The notes under the pieces are model-generated. The model was not told the origin of the DNA. It made no database searches and saw only the letters and a program-made list of their open reading frames with translations. Below, in pieces: positions 47,335-64,000 of a DNA stretch of 64,000 nucleotides (its first letter is position 1; every line of letters begins with the position of its first letter). The position numbers and the translations under genes are program-made. Origin of the DNA: Eledone cirrhosa (lineage: Eukaryota); the NCBI GenBank assembly GCA_964016885.1, contig OZ024742.1:374480001-374544000 (forward strand), given 5' to 3'.

Positions 47335-50300
47335 ATACTATACTATGACTACAGTACCACTAGTGAAGGTATATACTATACTATGACTACAGTACCACTA
47401 GTGAAGGTATATACTATACTATATGACTACAGTACCACTAGTGAAGGTATATACTATACTATGACTACAGTACCACTAGTGAAGGTATATACTATACTAT
47501 GACTACAGTACCACTAGTGAAGGTGTATACTATGACTACAGTACCACTAGTGAAGGTATATACTATACTATGACTACAGTACCACTGGTGAAGGTATATA
47601 CTATACTATGACTACAGTACCACTAGTGAAGGTGTATACTATGACTACAGTACCACTAGTGAAGGTATATACTATACTATACTATACTACCACTAGTGAA
47701 GGGATATACTATACTATGACTACAGTACCACTAGTGAAGGTGTATACTATACTATGACTACAGTACCACTAGTGAAGGTGTATACTATGACTACAGTACC
47801 ACTAGTGAAGGTATATACTATACTATGACTACAGTACCACTAGTGAAGGTATATACTATATGACTACAGTACCACTAGTGAAGGTATATACTATACTATA
47901 TGACTACAGTACCACTAGTGAAGGTATATACTATACTATATGACTACAGTACCACTAGTGAAGGTGTATACTATGACTACAGTACCACTAGTGAAGGTAT
48001 ATACTATACTATGACTACAGTACCACTAGTGAAGGTGTATACTATATGACTACAGTACCACTAGTGAAGGTATATACTGTACTATATACTATACTATATG
48101 ACTACAGTACCACTAGTGAAGGTATATACTATACTATATGACTACAGCACCACTAGTGAAGGTATATACTATACTATATGACTACAGTACCACTAGTGAA
48201 GGTGTATACTATGACTACAGTACCACTAGTGAAGGTATATACTATACTATGACTACAGTACCACTAGTGAAGGTGTATACTATATGACTACAGTACCACT
48301 AGTGAAGGTATATACTATACTATATGACTACAGTACCACTAGTGAAGGTATATACTATACTATATGACTACAGTACCACTGGTGAAGGTATATACTGTAC
48401 TATATGACTACAGTACTACTAGTGAAGGTATATACTATACTATATGACTACAGTACCACTGGTGAAGGTATATACTGTACTATATGACTACAGTACCACT
48501 AGTGAAGGTATATACTATACTATATGACTACAGTACCACTAGTGAAGGTATATACTATACTATATGACTACAGTACCACTAGTGAAGGTATATACTATAC
48601 TGTATGACTACAGTACCACTGGTGAAGGTATATACTATACTATATGACTACAGTACCACTATAGAAGGTATATACTATACTATATGACTACAGTACCACT
48701 AGTGAAGGTATATACTATACTATATGACTACAGTACCACTGGTGAAGGTATATACTATACTATATGACTACAGTACCACTAGTGAAGGTATATACTATAC
48801 TATATGACTACAGTACCACTAGTGAAGGTATATACTATACTATATGACTACAGTACCACTAGTGAAGGTATATACTATACTATATGACTACAGTACCACT
48901 GGTGAAGGTATATACTATACTATATGACTACAGTACCACTAGTGAAGGTATATACTGTACTATATACTATACTATATGACTACAGTACCACTAGTGAAGG
49001 TATATACTGTACTATATACTATACTATATGACTACAGTACCACTAGTGAAGGTATATACTATACTATATGACTACAGTACCACTGGTGAAGGTATATACT
49101 ATACTATATGACTACAGTACCACTGGTGAAGGTATATACTATACTATATGACTACAGTACCACTAGTGAAGGTATATACTATACTATATGACTACAGTAC
49201 CACTAGTGAAGGTATATACTATACTATATGACTACAGTACCACTAGTGAAGGTATATACTATACTATATGACTACAGTACCACTGGTGAAGGTATATACT
49301 ATACTATATGACTACAGTACCACTAGTGAAGGTATATACTATACTATATGACTACAGTACCACTAGTGAAGGTATATACTATACTATATGACTACAGTAC
49401 CACTAGTGAAGGTATATACTGTACTATATACTATACTATATGACTACAGTACCACTAGTGAAGGTATATACTATACTATATGACTACAGTACCACTGGTG
49501 AAGGTATATACTATACTATATGACTACAGTACCACTAGTGAAGGTATATACTATACTATATGACTACAGTACCACTAGTGAAGGTATATACTATACTATA
49601 TGACTACAGTACCACTAGTGAAGGTATATACTGTACTATATGACTACAGTACCACTAGTGAAGGTATATACTGTACTATATGACTACAGTACCTCTAATG
49701 AAGGTATATACTATACTATATGACTATAGTACCACTAGTGAAGGTATATACTGTACTATATGACTACAGTACCACTAGTGAAGGTATATACTGTACTATA
49801 TGACTACAGTACTACTACTGCAGGTATATACTATACTATATGACTACAGTACCACTAGTGAAGGTATATACTGTACTATATGACTACAGTACCACTAGTG
49901 AAGATATATACTGTACTATATGACTACAGTACCACTAGTGAAGGTATATACTATACTATATGTCTACAGTACCACTAGTGAAGATATATACTATACTATA
50001 TGACTACAGTACCACTAGTGAAGATATATACTGTACTATATGACTACAGTACCACTAGTGAAGGTATATACTGTACTATATGACTACAGTACTACTAGTG
50101 AAGGTATATACTGTACTATATGACTACAGTACCACTAGTGAAGATATATACTGTACTATATGACTACAGTACCACTAGTGAAGGTATATACTATAGTATA
50201 TGACTACAGTACCACTAGTGAAGGTATATACTATATCACTACAGTACCACTAGTGAAGATATATACTGTACTATATCACTACAGTACCACTAGTGAAGGT

Positions 50301-53300
50301 ATATACTATACTATATGACTACAGTACCACTAGTGAAGGTATATACTGTACTATATGACTACAGTACCACTAGTGAAGGTATATACTATACTATATGACT
50401 ACAGTACCACTAGTGAAGGTATATACTGTACTATATGACTACAGTACTACTAGTGAAGGTATATACAGTACTATATGACTACAGTACCACTAGTGAAGGT
50501 ATATACTGTTCTATATGACTACAGTACCACTAGTGAAGGTATATACTATACTATATGACTACAGTACCACTAGTGAAGGTATATACTATACTATATGACT
50601 ACAGTATCACTAGTGAAGGTATATACTGTACTATATGACTACAGTACTACTAGTGAAGGTATATACTATATGACTACAGTACCACTAGTGAAGGTATATA
50701 CTATACTATATGACTACAGTACCACTAGTGAAGGTATATACTATACTATATGACTACAGTACCACTAGTGAAGGTATATACTATATGACTACAGTACCAC
50801 TAGTGAAGGTATATACTATACTATATGACTACAGTACCACTAGTGAAGGTATATACTATACTATATGACTACAGTACCACTAGTGAAGGTATATACTGTA
50901 CTATATGACTACAGTACCACTAGTGAAGGTATATACTATATGACTACAGTACCACTAGTGAAGGTATATACTATACTATATGACTACAGTACCACTGGTG
51001 AAGGTATATACTATACTATATGACTACAGTACCACTGGTGAAGGTATATACTATACTATATGACTACAGTACCACTAGTGAAGGTATATACTATACTATA
51101 TGACTACAGTACCACTAGTGAAGGTATATACTATACTATATGACTACAGTACCACTGGTGAAGGTATATACTATACTATATGACTACAGTACCACTAGTG
51201 AAGGTATATACTATACTATATGACTACAGTACCACTAGTGAAGGTATATACTATACTATATGACTACAGTACCACTAGTGAAGGTATATACTATACTATA
51301 TGACTACAGTACCACTGGTGAAGGTATATACTATACTATATGACTACAGTACCACTAGTGAAGGTATATACTGTACTATATACTATACTATATGACTACA
51401 GTACCACTAGTGAAGGTATATACTGTACTATATACTATACTATATGACTACAGTACCACTAGTGAAGGTATATACTATACTATATGACTACAGTACCACT
51501 GGTGAAGGTATATACTATACTATATGACTACAGTACCACTGGTGAAGGTATATACTATACTATATGACTACAGTACCACTAGTGAAGGTATATACTATAC
51601 TATATGACTACAGTACCACTAGTGAAGGTATATACTATACTATATGACTACAGTACCACTAGTGAAGGTATATACTATACTATATGACTACAGTACCACT
51701 GGTGAAGGTATATACTATACTATATGACTACAGTACCACTAGTGAAGGTATATACTATACTATATGACTACAGTACCACTAGTGAAGGTATATACTATAC
51801 TATATGACTACAGTACCACTAGTGAAGGTATATACTGTACTATATACTATACTATATGACTACAGTACCACTAGTGAAGGTATATACTATACTATATGAC
51901 TACAGTACCACTGGTGAAGGTATATACTATACTATATGACTACAGTACCACTAGTGAAGGTATATACTATACTATATGACTACAGTACCACTAGTGAAGG
52001 TATATACTATACTATATGACTACGGTACCACTAGTGAAGGTATATACTATACGACTACAGTACCACTAGTGAAGGTATATACTGTACTATATGACTACAG
52101 TACCACTAGTGAAGGTATATACTATACTATATGACTACAGTACCATTAGTGAAGGTATATACTGTACTATATGACTACAGTACTACTAGTGAAGGTATAT
52201 ACTATACTATATGACTACAGTACCACTAGTGAAGGTATATACTGTACTATATGACTACAGTACTACTAGTGAAGGTATATACTGTACTATATGACTACAG
52301 TACCACTAGTGAAGGTATATACTATACTATATGACTACAGTACCATTAGTGAAGGTATATACTATACTATATGACTACAGTACAACTAGTGAAGGTATAT
52401 ACTGTACTATATGACTACAGTACCACTAGTGAAGGTATATACTATACTATATGACTACAGTACTACTAGTGAAGGTATATACTATACTATATGACTACAG
52501 TACCACTAGTGAAGGTATATACTATACTATATGACTACAGTACCACTAGTGAAGGTATATACTATACTATATGACTACAGTATCACTAGTGAAGGTATAT
52601 ACTGTACTATATGACTACAGTACTACTAGTGAAGGTATATACTATACTATATGACTACAGTACCACTAGTGAAGGTATATACTATACTATATGACTACAG
52701 TACCACTAGTGAAGGTATATACTATACTATATGACTACAGTACCACTAGTGAAGGTATATACTGTACTATATGACTACAGTACCACTAGTGAAGGTATAT
52801 ACTATACTATATGACTACAGTACCTCTAGTGAAGGTATAAGCTATACTATATGACTACAGTACTACTAGTGAAGGTATATACTGTACTATATGACTACAG
52901 TACCACTAGTGAAGGTATATACTGTACTATATGACTACAGTACCACTAGTGAAGGTATATACTATACTATATGACTACAGTACCACTAGTGAAGGTATAT
53001 ACTATACTATATGACTACAGTACCATTAGTGAAGGTATATACTATATGACTACAGTACCACTAGTGAAGGTATATACTGTACTATATGACTACAGTACCA
53101 CTAGTGAAGGTATATACTGTACTATATGACTACAGTACCACTAGTGAAGGTATATACTGTACTATATGACTACAGTACTACTAGTGAAGGTATATACTAT
53201 ACTATATGACTACAGTACCACTAGTGAAGATATATACTGTACTATATGACTACAGTACTACTAGTGAAGGTATATACTATACTATATGACTACAGTACCA

Positions 53301-56300
53301 CTAGTGAAGGTATATACTGTACTATATGACTACAGTACCACTAGTGAAGGTATATACTATACTATATGACTACAGTACTACTAGTGAAGGTATATACTGT
53401 ACTATATGACTACAGTACCACTAGTGATGGTATATACTATACTATATGACTACAGTACCACTAGTGAAGGTATATACTATACTATATGACTACAGTACCA
53501 CTAGTGAAGGTATATACTGTACTATATGACTACAGTACCACTAGTGAAGGTATATACTATACTATACTATATGACTACAGTACCACTAGTGAAGGTATAT
53601 ACTATACTATGTGACTACAGTACCACTAGTGAAGGTATATACTATATGACTACAGTACCACTAGTGAAGGTATATACTATACTATATGACTACAGTACCA
53701 CTAGTGAAGGTATATACTATACTATATGACTACAGTACTACTAGTGAAGGTATATACTATACTATGACTACAGTACCACTAGTGAAGGTATATACTATAT
53801 TATAACTACAGTACCACTAGTGAAGGTATATACTATACTATATGACTACAGTACCACTAGTGAAGGTATATACTATACTATATGACTACAGTACTACTAG
53901 TGAAGGTATATACTGTACTATGACTACAGTACCACTGGTGAAGGTATATACTATACTATATGACTACAGTACCACTAGTGAAGGTATATACTATATGACT
54001 ACAGTACCACTAGTGAAGGTATATACTATACTATATGACTACAGTACCACTAGTGAAGGTATATACTATACTATATGACTACAGTACCACTAGTGAAGGT
54101 ATATACTGTACTATATGACTACAGTACTACTAGTGAAGGTATATACTGTACTATGACTACAGTACCACTAGTGAAGGTATATACTATACTATATGACTAC
54201 AGTACCACTAGTGAAGGTATATACTGTACTATATGACTACAGTACTACTAGTGAAGGTATATACTGTACTATGACTACAGTACCACTAGTGAAGGTATAT
54301 ACTATACTATATGACTACAGTACCACTAGTGAAGGTATATACTATACTATATGACTACAGTACCACTAGTGAAGGTATATACTGCACTATATGACTACAG
54401 TACTACTAGTGAAGGTATATACTGTACTATGACTACAGTACCACTAGTGAAGGTATATACTATACTATATGACTACAGTACCACTAGTGAAGGTATATAC
54501 TATACTATATGACTACAGTACCACTAGTGAAGGTATATACTATACTATATGACTACAGTACCACTAGTGAAGGTATATACTATACTATATGACTACAGTA
54601 CCATTGGTGAAGGTATATACTGTACTATATGACTACAGTACTACTAGTGAAGGTATATACTGTACTATGACTACAGTACAACTATTGAAGGTATATACTG
54701 TACTATATGAGTACAGTACCACTAGTGAAGGTATATACTATACTATATGACTACAGTACCACTAGTGAAGGTATATACTATACTATATGACTACAGTACT
54801 ATTAGTGAAGGTATATACTGTACTATATGACTACAGTACCACTAGTGAAGGTATATACTATACTATATGACTACAGTACCACTAGTAAAGGTATATACTG
54901 TACTATATGACTACAGTACCACTAGTGAAGGTATATACTGTACTATATGACTACAGTACTACTAGTGAAGGTATATACTATACTATATGACTACAGTACC
55001 ACTAGTGAAGGTATATACTATACTATATGACTACAGTACCACTAGTGAAGGTATATACTGTACTATATGACTACAGTACTACTAGTGAAGGTATATACTA
55101 TACTATATGACTACAGTACTACTAGTGAAGGTATATACTGTACTATATGACTACAGTACTACTAGTGAAGGTATATACTGTACTATATGACTACAGTACA
55201 ACCAGTGAAGGTATATACTATACTATATGACTACAGTACTACTAGTGAAGGTATATACTATACTATATGACTACAGTACTACTAGTGAAGGTATATACTA
55301 TACTATATGACTACAGTACCACTAGTGAAGGTATATACTAAACTATATGACTACAGTACCACCAGTGAAGGTATATACTGTACTATATGACTACAGTACC
55401 ACTAGTGAAGGTATATACTATACTATATGACTACAGTACCACTAGTGAAGGTATATACTATACTATATGACTACAGTACTACTAGTGAAGGTATATACTG
55501 TACTATATGACTACAGTACCACTAGTGAAGGTATATACTGTACTATATGACTACAGTACTGCTAGTGAAGGTATATACTATATGACTACAGTACCACTAG
55601 TGAAGGTATATACTATACTATATGACTACAGTACCACTAGTGAAGGTATATACTATACTATATGACTACAGTACCACTAGTGAAGGTATATACTATACTA
55701 TATGACTACAGTACTACTAGTGAAGGTATATACTGTACTATATGACTACAGTACTACTAGTGAAGGTATATACTATACTATATGACTACAGTACTCCTAG
55801 TGAAGGTATATACTATACTATATGACTACAGTACTACTAGTGAAGGTATATACTATACTATATGACTACAGTACTACTAGTGAAGGTATATACTGTACTA
55901 TATGACTACAGTACTACTAGTGAAGGTATATACTATACTATATGACTACAGTACTACTAGTGAAGGTATATACTATACTATATGACTACAGTACTACTAG
56001 TGAAGGTATATACTATACTATATGACTACAGTACCACTAGTGAAGGTATATACTATACTATATGATTACAGTACCACTAGTGAAGGCATATACTATACTA
56101 TATGACTACAGTACCACTAGTGAAGGTATATACTATACTATATGACTACAGTACCACTAGTGAAGGTATATACTGTACTATATGACTACAGTACTACTAG
56201 TGAAGGTATATACTAAACTATATGACTACAGTACTACTAGTGAAGGTATATACTATACTATATGACTACAGTACCACTAGTGAAGGTATATACTTTACTA

Positions 56301-59300
56301 TATGACTACAGTACTACTAGTGAAGGTATATACTATATGACTACAGTACTACTAGTGAAGGTATATACTGTACTATGACTACAGTACCACTGGTGAAGGT
56401 ATATACTATACTATATGACTACAGTACCACTAGTGAAGGTATATACTATTCTATGACTACAGTACCACTGGTGAAGGTATATACTATACTATATGACTAC
56501 AGTACCACTAGTGAAGGTATATACTATACTATATGACTACAGTACCACTAGTGAAGGTATATACTGTACTATATGACTACAGTACTACTAGTAGAAGGTA
56601 TATACTAAACTATATGACTACAGTACTACTAGTGAAGGTATATACTAAACTATATGACTACAGTACCACTAGTGAAGGTATATACTATACTATATGACTA
56701 CAGTACCACTAGTGAAGGTATATACTATACGACTACAGTACCACTAGTGAAGGTATATACTGTACTATATGACTACAGTACCACTAGTGAAGGTATATAC
56801 TAAACTATATGACTACAGTACCACTAGTGAAGGTATATACTATACTATATGACTACAGTACCACTAGTGAAGGTATATACTATACTATATGACTACAGTA
56901 CCACTAGTGAAGGTATATACTGTACTATATGACTACAGTACCACTAGTGAAGGTATATACTAAACTATATGACTACAGTACCACTAGTGAAGGTATATAC
57001 TATACTATATGACTTCAGTACCACTAGTGAAGGTATATACTATACTATATGACTACAGTACCACTAGTGAAGGTATATACTATACTATATGACTACAGTA
57101 CCACTAGTGAAGGTATATACTATACTATATGACTTCGGTACCACTAGTGAAGGTATATACTGTACTATATGACTACAGTACCACTAGTGAAGGTATATAC
57201 TAAACTATATGACTACAGTACCACTAGTGAAGGTATATACTATACTATATGACTTCAGTACCACTAGTGAAGGTATATACTATACTATATGACTACAGTA
57301 CCACCAGTGAAGGTATATACTATACTATATGACTACAGTACCACTAGTGAAGGTATATACTATACTATATGACTTCGGTACCACTAGTGAAGGTATATAC
57401 TATACTATATGACTTCAGTACCACTAGTGAAGGTATATACTAAACTATATGACTACAGTACCACTAGTGAAGGTATATACTATACTATATGACTACAGTA
57501 CCACTAGTGAAGGTATATACTATACTATATGACTTCGGTACCACTAGTGAAGGTATATACTGTACTATATGACTACAGTACCACTAGTGAAGGTATATAC
57601 TATACTATATGTCTACAGTACCACTAGTGAAGATATATACTATACTATATGACTACAGTACCACTAGTGAAGATATATACTGTACTATATGACTACAGTA
57701 CCACTAGTGAAGGTATATACTGTACTATATGACTACAGTACTACTAGTGAAGGTATATACTGTACTATATGACTACAGTACCACTAGTGAAGATATATAC
57801 TGTACTATATGACTACAGTACCACTAGTGAAGGTATATACTATAGTATATGACTACAGTACCACTAGTGAAGGTATATACTATATCACTACAGTACCACT
57901 AGTGAAGATATATACTGTACTATATCACTACAGTACCACTAGTGAAGGTATATACTATACTATATGACTACAGTACCACTAGTGAAGGTATATACTGTAC
58001 TATATGACTACAGTACCACTAGTGAAGGTATATACTATACTATATGACTACAGTACCACTAGTGAAGGTATATACTGTACTATATGACTACAGTACTACT
58101 AGTGAAGGTATATACAGTACTATATGACTACAGTACCACTAGTGAAGGTATATACTGTTCTATATGACTACAGTACCACTAGTGAAGGTATATACTATAC
58201 TATATGACTACAGTACCACTAGTGAAGGTATATACTATACTATATGACTACAGTATCACTAGTGAAGGTATATACTGTACTATATGACTACAGTACTACT
58301 AGTGAAGGTATATACTATATGACTACAGTACCACTAGTGAAGGTATATACTATACTATATGACTACAGTACCACTAGTGAAGGTATATACTATACTATAT
58401 GACTACAGTACCACTAGTGAAGGTATATACTATATGACTACAGTACCACTAGTGAAGGTATATACTATACTATATGACTACAGTACCACTAGTGAAGGTA
58501 TATACTATACTATATGACTACAGTACCACTAGTGAAGGTATATACTGTACTATATGACTACAGTACCACTAGTGAAGGTATATACTATATGACTACAGTA
58601 CCACTAGTGAAGGTATATACTATACTATATGACTACAGTACCACTGGTGAAGGTATATACTATACTATATGACTACAGTACCACTGGTGAAGGTATATAC
58701 TATACTATATGACTACAGTACCACTAGTGAAGGTATATACTATACTATATGACTACAGTACCACTAGTGAAGGTATATACTATACTATATGACTACAGTA
58801 CCACTGGTGAAGGTATATACTATACTATATGACTACAGTACCACTAGTGAAGGTATATACTATACTATATGACTACAGTACCACTAGTGAAGGTATATAC
58901 TATACTATATGACTACAGTACCACTAGTGAAGGTATATACTATACTATATGACTACAGTACCACTGGTGAAGGTATATACTATACTATATGACTACAGTA
59001 CCACTAGTGAAGGTATATACTGTACTATATACTATACTATATGACTACAGTACCACTAGTGAAGGTATATACTGTACTATATACTATACTATATGACTAC
59101 AGTACCACTAGTGAAGGTATATACTATACTATATGACTACAGTACCACTGGTGAAGGTATATACTATACTATATGACTACAGTACCACTGGTGAAGGTAT
59201 ATACTATACTATATGACTACAGTACCACTAGTGAAGGTATATACTATACTATATGACTACAGTACCACTAGTGAAGGTATATACTATACTATATGACTAC

Positions 59301-62300
59301 AGTACCACTAGTGAAGGTATATACTATACTATATGACTACAGTACCACTGGTGAAGGTATATACTATACTATATGACTACAGTACCACTAGTGAAGGTAT
59401 ATACTATACTATATGACTACAGTACCACTAGTGAAGGTATATACTATACTATATGACTACAGTACCACTAGTGAAGGTATATACTGTACTATATACTATA
59501 CTATATGACTACAGTACCACTAGTGAAGGTATATACTATACTATATGACTACAGTACCACTGGTGAAGGTATATACTATACTATATGACTACAGTACCAC
59601 TAGTGAAGGTATATACTATACTATATGACTACAGTACCACTAGTGAAGGTATATACTATACTATATGACTACGGTACCACTAGTGAAGGTATATACTATA
59701 CGACTACAGTACCACTAGTGAAGGTATATACTGTACTATATGACTACAGTACCACTAGTGAAGGTATATACTATACTATATGACTACAGTACCATTAGTG
59801 AAGGTATATACTGTACTATATGACTACAGTACTACTAGTGAAGGTATATACTATACTATATGACTACAGTACCACTAGTGAAGGTATATACTGTACTATA
59901 TGACTACAGTACTACTAGTGAAGGTATATACTGTACTATATGACTACAGTACCACTAGTGAAGGTATATACTATACTATATGACTACAGTACCATTAGTG
60001 AAGGTATATACTATACTATATGACTACAGTACAACTAGTGAAGGTATATACTGTACTATATGACTACAGTACCACTAGTGAAGGTATATACTATACTATA
60101 TGACTACAGTACTACTAGTGAAGGTATATACTATACTATATGACTACAGTACCACTAGTGAAGGTATATACTATACTATATGACTACAGTACCACTAGTG
60201 AAGGTATATACTATACTATATGACTACAGTATCACTAGTGAAGGTATATACTGTACTATATGACTACAGTACTACTAGTGAAGGTATATACTATACTATA
60301 TGACTACAGTACCACTAGTGAAGGTATATACTATACTATATGACTACAGTACCACTAGTGAAGGTATATACTATACTATATGACTACAGTACCACTAGTG
60401 AAGGTATATACTGTACTATATGACTACAGTACCACTAGTGAAGGTATATACTATACTATATGACTACAGTACCTCTAGTGAAGGTATAAGCTATACTATA
60501 TGACTACAGTACTACTAGTGAAGGTATATACTGTACTATATGACTACAGTACCACTAGTGAAGGTATATACTGTACTATATGACTACAGTACCACTAGTG
60601 AAGGTATATACTATACTATATGACTACAGTACCACTAGTGAAGGTATATACTATACTATATGACTACAGTACCATTAGTGAAGGTATATACTATATGACT
60701 ACAGTACCACTAGTGAAGGTATATACTGTACTATATGACTACAGTACCACTAGTGAAGGTATATACTGTACTATATGACTACAGTACCACTAGTGAAGGT
60801 ATATACTGTACTATATGACTACAGTACTACTAGTGAAGGTATATACTATACTATATGACTACAGTACCACTAGTGAAGATATATACTGTACTATATGACT
60901 ACAGTACTACTAGTGAAGGTATATACTATACTATATGACTACAGTACCACTAGTGAAGGTATATACTGTACTATATGACTACAGTACCACTAGTGAAGGT
61001 ATATACTATACTATATGACTACAGTACTACTAGTGAAGGTATATACTGTACTATATGACTACAGTACCACTAGTGATGGTATATACTATACTATATGACT
61101 ACAGTACCACTAGTGAAGGTATATACTATACTATATGACTACAGTACCACTAGTGAAGGTATATACTGTACTATATGACTACAGTACCACTAGTGAAGGT
61201 ATATACTATACTATACTATACTATATGACTACAGTACCACTAGTGAAGGTATATACTATACTATGTGACTACAGTACCACTAGTGAAGGTATATACTATA
61301 TGACTACAGTACCACTAGTGAAGGTATATACTATACTATATGACTACAGTACCACTAGTGAAGGTATATACTATACTATATGACTACAGTACTACTAGTG
61401 AAGGTATATACTATACTATGACTACAGTACCACTAGTGAAGGTATATACTATATTATAACTACAGTACCACTAGTGAAGGTATATACTATACTATATGAC
61501 TACAGTACCACTAGTGAAGGTATATACTATACTATATGACTACAGTACTACTAGTGAAGGTATATACTGTACTATGACTACAGTACCACTGGTGAAGGTA
61601 TATACTATACTATATGACTACAGTACCACTAGTGAAGGTATATACTATATGACTACAGTACCACTAGTGAAGGTATATACTATACTATATGACTACAGTA
61701 CCACTAGTGAAGGTATATACTATACTATATGACTACAGTACCACTAGTGAAGGTATATACTGTACTATATGACTACAGTACTACTAGTGAAGGTATATAC
61801 TGTACTATGACTACAGTACCACTAGTGAAGGTATATACTATACTATATGACTACAGTACCACTAGTGAAGGTATATACTGTACTATATGACTACAGTACT
61901 ACTAGTGAAGGTATATACTGTACTATGACTACAGTACCACTAGTGAAGGTATATACTATACTATATGACTACAGTACCACTAGTGAAGGTATATACTATA
62001 CTATATGACTACAGTACCACTAGTGAAGGTATATACTGCACTATATGACTACAGTACTACTAGTGAAGGTATATACTGTACTATGACTACAGTACCACTA
62101 GTGAAGGTATATACTATACTATATGACTACAGTACCACTAGTGAAGGTATATACTATACTATATGACTACAGTACCACTAGTGAAGGTATATACTATACT
62201 ATATGACTACAGTACCACTAGTGAAGGTATATACTATACTATATGACTACAGTACCATTGGTGAAGGTATATACTGTACTATATGACTACAGTACTACTA

Positions 62301-64000
62301 GTGAAGGTATATACTGTACTATGACTACAGTACAACTATTGAAGGTATATACTGTACTATATGAGTACAGTACCACTAGTGAAGGTATATACTATACTAT
62401 ATGACTACAGTACCACTAGTGAAGGTATATACTAAACTATATGACTACAGTACCACCAGTGAAGGTATATACTGTACTATATGACTACAGTACCACTAGT
62501 GAAGGTATATACTATATGACTACAGTACCACTAGTGAAGGTATATACTATACTATATGACTACAGTACTATTAGTGAAGGTATATACTGTACTATATGAC
62601 TACAGTACCACTAGTGAAGGTATATACTATACTATATGACTACAGTACCACTAGTAAAGGTATATACTGTACTATATGACTACAGTACCACTAGTGAAGG
62701 TATATACTGTACTATATGACTACAGTACTACTAGTGAAGGTATATACTATACTATATGACTACAGTACCACTAGTGAAGGTATATACTATACTATATGAC
62801 TACAGTACCACTAGTGAAGGTATATACTGTACTATATGACTACAGTACTACTAGTGAAGGTATATACTATACTATATGACTACAGTACTACTAGTGAAGG
62901 TATATACTGTACTATATGACTACAGTACTACTAGTGAAGGTATATACTGTACTATATGACTACAGTACAACCAGTGAAGGTATATACTATACTATATGAC
63001 TACAGTACTACTAGTGAAGGTATATACTATACTATATGACTACAGTACTACTAGTGAAGGTATATACTATACTATATGACTACAGTACCACTAGTGAAGG
63101 TATATACTAAACTATATGACTACAGTACCACCAGTGAAGGTATATACTGTACTATATGACTACAGTACCACTAGTGAAGGTATATACTATACTATATGAC
63201 TACAGTACCACTAGTGAAGGTATATACTATACTATATGACTACAGTACTACTAGTGAAGGTATATACTGTACTATATGACTACAGTACCACTAGTGAAGG
63301 TATATACTGTACTATATGACTACAGTACTGCTAGTGAAGGTATATACTATATGACTACAGTACCACTAGTGAAGGTATATACTATACTATATGACTACAG
63401 TACCACTAGTGAAGGTATATACTATACTATATGACTACAGTACCACTAGTGAAGGTATATACTATACTATATGACTACAGTACTACTAGTGAAGGTATAT
63501 ACTGTACTATATGACTACAGTACTACTAGTGAAGGTATATACTATACTATATGACTACAGTACTCCTAGTGAAGGTATATACTATACTATATGACTACAG
63601 TACTACTAGTGAAGGTATATACTATACTATATGACTACAGTACTACTAGTGAAGGTATATACTGTACTATATGACTACAGTACTACTAGTGAAGGTATAT
63701 ACTATACTATATGACTACAGTACTACTAGTGAAGGTATATACTATACTATATGACTACAGTACTACTAGTGAAGGTATATACTATACTATATGACTACAG
63801 TACCACTAGTGAAGGTATATACTATACTATATGATTACAGTACCACTAGTGAAGGCATATACTATACTATATGACTACAGTACCACTAGTGAAGGTATAT
63901 ACTATACTATATGACTACAGTACCACTAGTGAAGGTATATACTGTACTATATGACTACAGTACTACTAGTGAAGGTATATACTAAACTATATGACTACAG
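47335..64000. repeat. 40-bp tandem satellite (>16.6 kb, runs off the window)
   Basis: Unit tatgactacagtaccactagtgaaggtatatactatacta, with length variants from (tacta) slippage. Confidence 0.99.

Noticed and set aside
47305-61732. MTTVPLVKVYTILYDYSTTSEG ORFs
   Set aside because: Chance open frames in satellite monomers.

Overview
Eukaryotic, AT-rich, repeat-dominated DNA. The SINE/RTE repertoire suggests an octopod cephalopod, which is inference only. The single host gene is a + strand DZF-domain gene of the ZFR/Zn72D type, with five GT-AG exons at 36366-42986 that splice in frame. No upstream exon is visible in 1-36 kb, which is a nested pile-up of transposable elements: a CR1 LINE, several RTE-clade LINE families (three carry a PHD finger inserted inside the RT), tRNA-derived SINEs that share RTE tails, a maT/DD37D-like transposon, non-autonomous Helitrons, and Penelope-like terminal repeats with minimal hammerhead-ribozyme folds, including a 240-bp inverted pair. 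There are two satellite arrays: a 48-bp array (39.2-42.2 kb) resembling the RTE/SINE 3' module, and a 40-bp array (47.3-64 kb) with a ~7.65-kb higher-order duplication. An assembly gap lies at 4931-5130. Coordinates were read by eye, so TE boundaries are approximate.
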